Source: Pedosphaera sp.
Lineage (GTDB): Bacteria > Verrucomicrobiota > Verrucomicrobiia > Limisphaerales > SIBH01
Assembly (NCBI GenBank): GCA_031414955.1
Contig: JANOQV010000291.1
Location: 1 to 11,127 of the forward strand
Direction: 5' to 3'
DNA length: 11,127 bases
The position numbers were made by a program, and so were the translations under genes. This document shows, piece by piece, positions 7,101-11,127 of this stretch (position 1 is its first letter; each line of letters opens with the position of its first letter). The notes below the pieces were generated by a model. The model was not told the origin of the DNA and did no database searches. It worked only from the letters and a program-made list of their open reading frames with translations.

Positions 7101-8135
7101 GGCGGTGACTTCCTTGCTGGAACTGCTGTACTCGAAATAGTTGTCCGAATAGGGCAGGATTTGCGCAAAGGTGGCCAGGTCCGGGGTGATGCCCACCGAC
7201 TCCATCTTGGCGTAACCCTGCGGCCCCAGCACGATCTTGAGCGCATGGGCAAAACCGTTGCTCTCGCCGGTCAGGTAGTAGCGATACAGGCTCTTGGAAA
7301 GATCCTGCCAAGCGTTGGATTTGAATTCCTGTATGGTCACACGCTTGAGGTCGCCGGTGGTGCCATTCGTGTCGGTGCTCACGTAGTAGTCATACTTCGC
7401 GCGCCGCACATCGTTGCCGTTGACCTTGAGCGTCACATACTGGAAGCGACTCGCATTCTCACCGGAGGTGTGGAACGCGTAGTGGTAGCCAGCACTATTG
7501 CCGCCGGACTGCATGACAAACGAGGCGATGCGGTCATCGCCTCCGTAGGTCGCCACGGTCTCGTTTCCATACGGGTCGGTGAAACTCTTGAACTCGCCGC
7601 GCTGGATGGCCGGATGGTTGGTGGTGAAGTCGAAAAACTTGATGACCCGCCCGGTATGCACGTCGGTGTAGATCAACAAATGGTTGGTGGTGTCTTGGAC
7701 CAGGGTGTCTTGGACGAAGAAACGTGCCACCCAACTGCCCGAAACGAGATCGAACCAGAGCGCTTCCTGAATGATGCCCACCAGGCAGAGGGTGGACGAG
7801 TCCGGCTGGGCGAGTTGCGGCAATTGCGCCACGAACCAACTGTTGCCGTTCGCGCCCGCATCCTGATTGGAAAGCCGGTTGCTGTAACTGCGGGTATGGC
7901 CCCAGGGAACTCCGAAGCCATCGGAGGAAAGATCCGTCGTGATGAACCGCACTTCGCCATCACCGTAGCGCACGGGATCGGAACTGAAGGATGAATCTGG
8001 AGGCGGGGGACATGGCGCCACGTCGGGGCAACAACAAGACGTGCATGTCCCTCCGGTTCCATCACCTCCGGGGCCGCAGGTCTTGCCGCAAAGAGTGGGT
8101 GGTTTTGAAGATGTCGGAACTGCGGGTGAACTCAT
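4170..8135 (-). CDS. Rhs/YD-repeat protein, N-terminal and main core portion (1321 aa), lacking the core end and tip
   Basis: DUF6531-like start (SSDPVRYGDGEV...TDL...G.PWGHTRSY) and many YD repeats (YDDAGR, YDAAGN, YDGLNR, YDAEGN, YDKLGR). GAGG lies 8 nt before the ATG. It ends at TGA 4172-4170 in the middle of the repeat region. Confidence 0.92.
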   Translation of the reverse strand: MSSPAVPTSSKPPTLCGKTCGPGGDGTGGTCTSCCCPDVAPCPPPPDSSFSSDPVRYGDGEVRFITTDLSSDGFGVPWGHTRSYSNRLSNQDAGANGNSWFVAQLPQLAQPDSSTLCLVGIIQEALWFDLVSGSWVARFFVQDTLVQDTTNHLLIYTDVHTGRVIKFFDFTTNHPAIQRGEFKSFTDPYGNETVATYGGDDRIASFVMQSGGNSAGYHYAFHTSGENASRFQYVTLKVNGNDVRRAKYDYYVSTDTNGTTGDLKRVTIQEFKSNAWQDLSKSLYRYYLTGESNGFAHALKIVLGPQGYAKMESVGITPDLATFAQILPYSDNYFEYSSSSKEVTAEKAGGAQLSYLFGRSTSAHSDGFNRWKTKTTETLTDGTQNIVYTNYATQPMLKVFKAGSAEWYEYFKYDDAGRLVLKGSSAAVQSYSESDPGLVTLKSSDGLIHVNDFYTSTDLANGELAGYLRYEKVKQGSSGTEAKLREWKYASRTAGNSTVNLTWKEIVYQSDASGGSDAATTDYTYTWFSGSTQFEKRTTTLPVVSTSQNGSGTADFFEEVFDINGRNTWRKNERGFLKRNKFDLSTGAVLQTIEDVNTTLITDSPAVPSGWSTPSGGGLHLITDFTVDERGRVTQELGPTHEIDLSGTATSVRRARWVVYKDDERQQWEGMGYQKVSDSSETLINPVSIRKFDNASRLTDEIKATRSSTSGKLLPTDTFAQTSWVRWTFFAYETSRQLLLQRLYTTIPSSGIGVAGTNFNETRFGYDTMKRQVREKTPGGTITRQVYHPKGWVAEKWIGTNDSGATYANPAGAGTGGNNMKKVEALQYDGGAAGGNGNLTQVTQFASDSDTRVTTHGYDFRSRRTFTDGEIDFYEMFNHNNLDRLILTERRDTGSTGALGWKTENKYDPRGGIYRTVRQGTNGASGNSLTDNYWYDAAGNQIRRLPSGSQMFQSMVYDGLNRITARYFAFGPGDLANDTVMQQEELTYDAEGNVVLQITRERFHNATGTGPLTTPGGSQPKARASYSAIYPDALGRGRNVASYGTNGGTALTRPSTCAARSNTVLVTTTDYDDSGNAWQVTDPKGTVKRAEFDQAGRLTGTIENYQASGSGSDINKTTQYAYNTDGDLGTLTAVNATTGNQVTTYVYGTTLTDSDVASSRLLRAVIYPDSSDSPNPLSGTDHVEYAYNRLGEKKQMKDQRGVVHAYEYDKLGRLAHDRVTLPSGSAVDNAVLRVSRTYEFRGMLAKITSYNSATGSTIVNESAFTYNEFAQLQVEGQAHGGAAGSGTPNVQYGYVGGTGNTIRPTNITYPDGRGLNFDYGD

Positions 8136-8271
8136 AAATTTTTCCTCGGTGGTTTAGATTTGGCTGTGACAGATATTCGTTCGTGGCAGAGAAATTTTCA
8201 TTGGTTGCTTTATGCTCTCCATAAATTGGCAGAACAAAGACAAAAACTTGTATATTTGCACAATCGAATTT

Positions 8272-8419
8272 TGGGGGAGCGCCCGCCTCGGGTGCAGTGG
8301 GCCGTGCCCTCGCGGCTCACATTGGCATCGACCGGTTCGTTTTGTTTAGGCTGAACGAGAGCGATTTGCTTCGGCAGGAGGGCGTGCCGTACTACAGCCG
8401 GGGGCGGCTATGCTCCCCA
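8272..8419. repeat. REP/REPIN-like palindromic element
   Basis: Terminal inverted repeats GGGGAGC (8274-8280) / GCTCCCC (8412-8418). Four internal GC-rich hairpins at 8279-8295, 8297-8320, 8372-8389 and 8396-8409. Left loops are CCT/CCCT and right loops GAGGG/GGGG, i.e. mirror-complementary. Confidence 0.6.
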
Positions 8420-8547
8420 TCACTCACGTTGGCGTGCGAGTTAACCAGTGGGCGATCAAAACGATCTCGACCGTGATCGGAAAGGTTATTCAGAGCCTCC
8501 TCACGTCGGCTGCTACGGGCGGAACTCGCCTCGCAGCGCGAGGCTTT

Positions 8548-8892
8548 CTACCTGGCTAGTTTTGTGCGGCGCTTCATCCATTCGCGCGGCGTGAGTCCAA
8601 CGGCGTGTTTGAAGTCGTGCGAGGCGTGGGCGGCATCGTGGTAGCCGAGGGCATCGAAGAATTCCTTGATGCGCTCGCCCAGGCGCAGGCGGAATTTGAA
8701 TTCGCAGAGGCGGAGTTTTTCCAGCCACTTCTTGACCGCGATTTTGAAATGTTGGTGAAAGAAATCCCGCAGCGTGCTGACGCTGGCACCACAATTCTGG
8801 GCCAGCGCTTTCACGCAGTACCGAGCCTTGGCGATTCGAGCCGGCCAATCCGTGATGGCTCGCAAACGGTCCATGACAGTTTGAGTTTTCAT
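8548..8892 (-). CDS. Stand-alone AraC/XylS-family HTH transcriptional regulator (114 aa)
   Basis: First HTH LAQNCGASVSTLRDFF. The AraC C-terminal signature appears as LGYHDAAHASHDFKHAVGLTPREW (cf. GFxDxSHFxRxFKxxxGxTP). No sensor domain. Confidence 0.85.
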   Translation of the reverse strand: MKTQTVMDRLRAITDWPARIAKARYCVKALAQNCGASVSTLRDFFHQHFKIAVKKWLEKLRLCEFKFRLRLGERIKEFFDALGYHDAAHASHDFKHAVGLTPREWMKRRTKLAR

Positions 8893-8930
8893 AGCGCGTT
8901 ATTGGCAGGCGGATTCGCGGAAACAGAGCA

Positions 8931-9320
8931 GTGGGTGCAGGACTGCGGGCGCGGGGGGGGCGAAAGTATGGTATCGGCTCACTGGCGGCGGAGAATCTCG
9001 CGGCTCTCGGTGAGTCCAACATCACACAAGAGAAATTGACCGCGCTGACGACGAAGACGGACGCCTTCGCGGCGGTGTCGTCGAAGCCCCGCCAGAGTGT
9101 GGCGAAAAAGGCGTTGCCCCGCCTCTTGAAGCAAGGCCAGAGCATCCTCTCTCGCCGCGTGGATCGTTTGATGGTGCAGTTCAAGGAGAGCGCGCCGGAG
9201 TTTTACGCGGAGTACAAGACGGCCCGCAAAATCGTGGACCAACTCGGCACCCAGCAGGCGCGCGCGGCCACTAACGTCCTTTCGGCGCACAGCCAGCCCG
9301 AGTTGTTGAAGGCGGCGTAA
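8931..9320 (+). pseudogene. Hypothetical helical protein, probably a 5'-truncated fragment
   Basis: Host-like codon usage from ~8980 to TAA 9320. The amphipathic C-terminal motif VDRLMVQFKESAPEFYAEYKTARKIVD is recalled from longer uncharacterised proteins. The 5' part runs through a G8 tract and has no convincing start. Confidence 0.5.
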
Positions 9321-9567
9321 AGCCAGGCTGCCCATCCTGCTAACGACCACCGCAAGCGCAGGCTCGTGGTGGTCGTTCTGTTGTTTGCCAGTCACCTCAA
9401 ATGGGGGCATACGACGTATGGTGTGGCGCAGAAGCAGGACCATTTCTCTTTTCCGTTACACATCACAGGTCCAGCGACGCGAAAATACGGGTTTACCCTG
9501 AGTTCTTCATTGACCCATCTCCGCAGACTTCTTAGGAATGCCAACGAACCCAAGCCCCTTCAATGCT

Positions 9568-10629
9568 ATGCGCGAAAAACTTAGATGCGCGGTCATCGGC
9601 GTTGGTGCCATCGGCATCGAGCACCTGAACAGCCTGTTGCACTGTCCCCGTGCCGCCACGGTGGCGATCGCAGAACTCAACCCTCAACGTCTGCGGGAAG
9701 CCGCGGAAAAATTCCACATCCCGCGCTCCTACTGCAACTACGAGGAGTTGCTCGAACAGCCCGACATTGATGCCGTCACCATCGCCCTGCCCAACTTCCT
9801 GCACGCCCCCGTAGCCATCGCCGCGCTCAACGCGCGCAAGCATGTGCTGATCGAGAAGCCCATGGCCACCAACGCCAAGGAGGCGGCCAAGATCGTGGCC
9901 GCCGCGCAGAAGAACCGGCGCACCGTGATGGTCGGGAAGAATCTCCGCTTCGACAAACACACCCAGAGCGCCCGCCTGGCCATCCAGCGCGGCGATCTGG
10001 GCGAGGTGTATCACGCGCGCGCCTTCTCGCACCGGCAGAGCGAGATACCCCGCATCGGCTCCTGGTTCACGCAAAAGAATCTGGCCGGGGGCGGCTGTCT
10101 GGCGGACGCCGGTTCGATGCTCATCGACACCCTCTTTCACCTACTCAACGACTTCGAGGTTGTATCCGTTTCGGCCACCGCGCATTCCAAATTTGGCACC
10201 CGTGGCAAAGGCGAAGGCAGTTGGGGCAAGAGCGAAATCGATCCGAAACGCACGTTCGACGTCGAAGATCACGGCAGCGCCTTCCTGCGCATGAAGAAAG
10301 GCTACACCGTGACGGTGGAAACAAGTTGGGCGGGATTTCATCCGGGGGACAGCCGGGAGGAAGGCATCGACCTGCTCGGGACGGAGGCCGGCCTGAGCCT
10401 GTATCCGGCCAAGCTCTTCAAGCAAAGCCTGCAAGGCTTCGAGACCACGCACTTCTACAACACGAAGAACGGGCCGGTGGAGGATCGCATTTCGCATTTC
10501 GTGAACTGCATCATCGAAGGCAAGAAGACGCTCGTGCCGCTGGAGGAATCGCTGAAAGTGCAGCAGGTGATGGACGCGATTTACCAGTCGGCGGAGACGG
10601 GCAAGGAAGTGCGGCTGGGCGGGAAATGA
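9568..10629 (+). CDS. Gfo/Idh/MocA-family NAD(P)-dependent oxidoreductase
   Basis: Rossmann motif CAVIGVGAIG, DAVTIALPNFLH, HVLIEKP, GGGCLAD and DVED. The start is probably 9568 (MREKLR), with an alternative at 9538. Confidence 0.95.
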   Translation: MREKLRCAVIGVGAIGIEHLNSLLHCPRAATVAIAELNPQRLREAAEKFHIPRSYCNYEELLEQPDIDAVTIALPNFLHAPVAIAALNARKHVLIEKPMATNAKEAAKIVAAAQKNRRTVMVGKNLRFDKHTQSARLAIQRGDLGEVYHARAFSHRQSEIPRIGSWFTQKNLAGGGCLADAGSMLIDTLFHLLNDFEVVSVSATAHSKFGTRGKGEGSWGKSEIDPKRTFDVEDHGSAFLRMKKGYTVTVETSWAGFHPGDSREEGIDLLGTEAGLSLYPAKLFKQSLQGFETTHFYNTKNGPVEDRISHFVNCIIEGKKTLVPLEESLKVQQVMDAIYQSAETGKEVRLGGK

Positions 10630-10642
10630 ATTCCGTGGCCGG

Positions 10643-10727
10643 GAATTTTCTCCCGCAGATTCAGAGCGACCGCAGATGCAGATTTTCCATCCGTGGCTGT
10701 CCTGAATCCGTGGGAAATTCTTTTCTT
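10643..10727. terminator. Long imperfect hairpin between convergent genes; probable bidirectional terminator/REP-derived
   Basis: Arms 10653-10677 and 10689-10713 pair at 17/25 Watson-Crick positions. The stem extends outward (GAATT.../...AATTC) and is followed by TTTTCTT on the + strand. Confidence 0.6.
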
Positions 10728-10758
10728 AAAAATCAGAGGTCAGGCGGGACGCGCTGGC

Positions 10759-11127
10759 CTACCGCACCGCCGCCGCACCGTTCCCCTCGTTAAGATACGT
10801 TGCCCCGTCCACTTCGCTTAATTTCAGATACTGGCTCCAGCGCAGGAAACCAATGTCGCGCGTCGCTTCAAGGCGTTCGGTTTTCACTTTCGGCATGGAG
10901 CCGCTGTGCGTGGCGAAGGATTCGTGCAGCACGCGGCCGTCGAGCGGTTGCGGCGGTTTCACGCCCAGGAGATGCAGCACCGTGGGCACGAGATCAATGT
11001 TGCCGCTGGGAATTTCATTCAGGAAGCCGCGTTTGAAATCCGGGCCGGACGCGACCAGCGTGTTGTTCATGTCAAAGCGCGAGAGCGAGGCGTGGCTGCC
11101 TTTGCCCTTCGTGCCGTCCATCGAGTA
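10759..11127 (-). CDS. Alkaline phosphatase superfamily / nucleotide pyrophosphatase-phosphodiesterase, C-terminal part (partial)
   Basis: GSHASLSRFDMNNTLVASGPDF...GNIDLVPTVLHLLG...LDGRVL is the typical C-terminal signature of this superfamily. The frame is open to the window edge. Confidence 0.85.
   Translation of the reverse strand, partial: YSMDGTKGKGSHASLSRFDMNNTLVASGPDFKRGFLNEIPSGNIDLVPTVLHLLGVKPPQPLDGRVLHESFATHSGSMPKVKTERLEATRDIGFLRWSQYLKLSEVDGATYLNEGNGAAAVR

Noticed and set aside
1382..7994. Long plus-strand ORFs (1382-2143, 2994-4091, 4713-6383, 6789-7994)
   Set aside because: These are antisense shadows of GC-rich Rhs coding sequence with no recognisable motifs.
8355..8420. Group II intron domain V/VI resemblance
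   Set aside because: There is no proper catalytic-triad domain V stem and no RT gene. It is better explained as REP-like hairpins.
243..10629. Alternative genetic code (TGA = Trp/Gly) explaining the split
   Set aside because: TGA serves as the evident stop for modules A and B (with ATGA coupling), immunity gene B and the oxidoreductase. Trp is encoded by TGG throughout.
8513..10793. Overlapping alternative ORFs (8513-9184, 8605-9039, 8979-9443, 9532-10140, 10221-10793)
   Set aside because: They overlap better-supported genes in other frames or strands and have no motifs.

Overview
GC-rich bacterial window, possibly Verrucomicrobia/PVC-like (inference only). Bases ~150-8135 on the minus strand hold an Rhs (YD-repeat) polymorphic-toxin locus. 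A 1321-aa Rhs N-terminal/core ORF (8135-4170) ends at a single in-frame TGA. One codon later a 508-aa ORF (module A: rest of core plus C-terminal tip) starts in the same frame with its own Shine-Dalgarno, followed by a candidate immunity gene. A second module (B, 503 aa, different tip) and its candidate immunity gene follow, then a 16-codon relic of a third module, then the left end of an IS3-family element at the window edge. All three modules begin at the same position (MN[S/T]ELSRI), which is exactly where the large gene is split. This suggests either a bipartite Rhs with interchangeable C-terminal halves or a recently inactivated/recombined Rhs. Right of the locus lie a REP-like palindromic element, a stand-alone AraC-type HTH gene, a probably truncated hypothetical gene, a Gfo/Idh/MocA oxidoreductase, a long bidirectional hairpin and the 3' end of an alkaline-phosphatase-superfamily gene.
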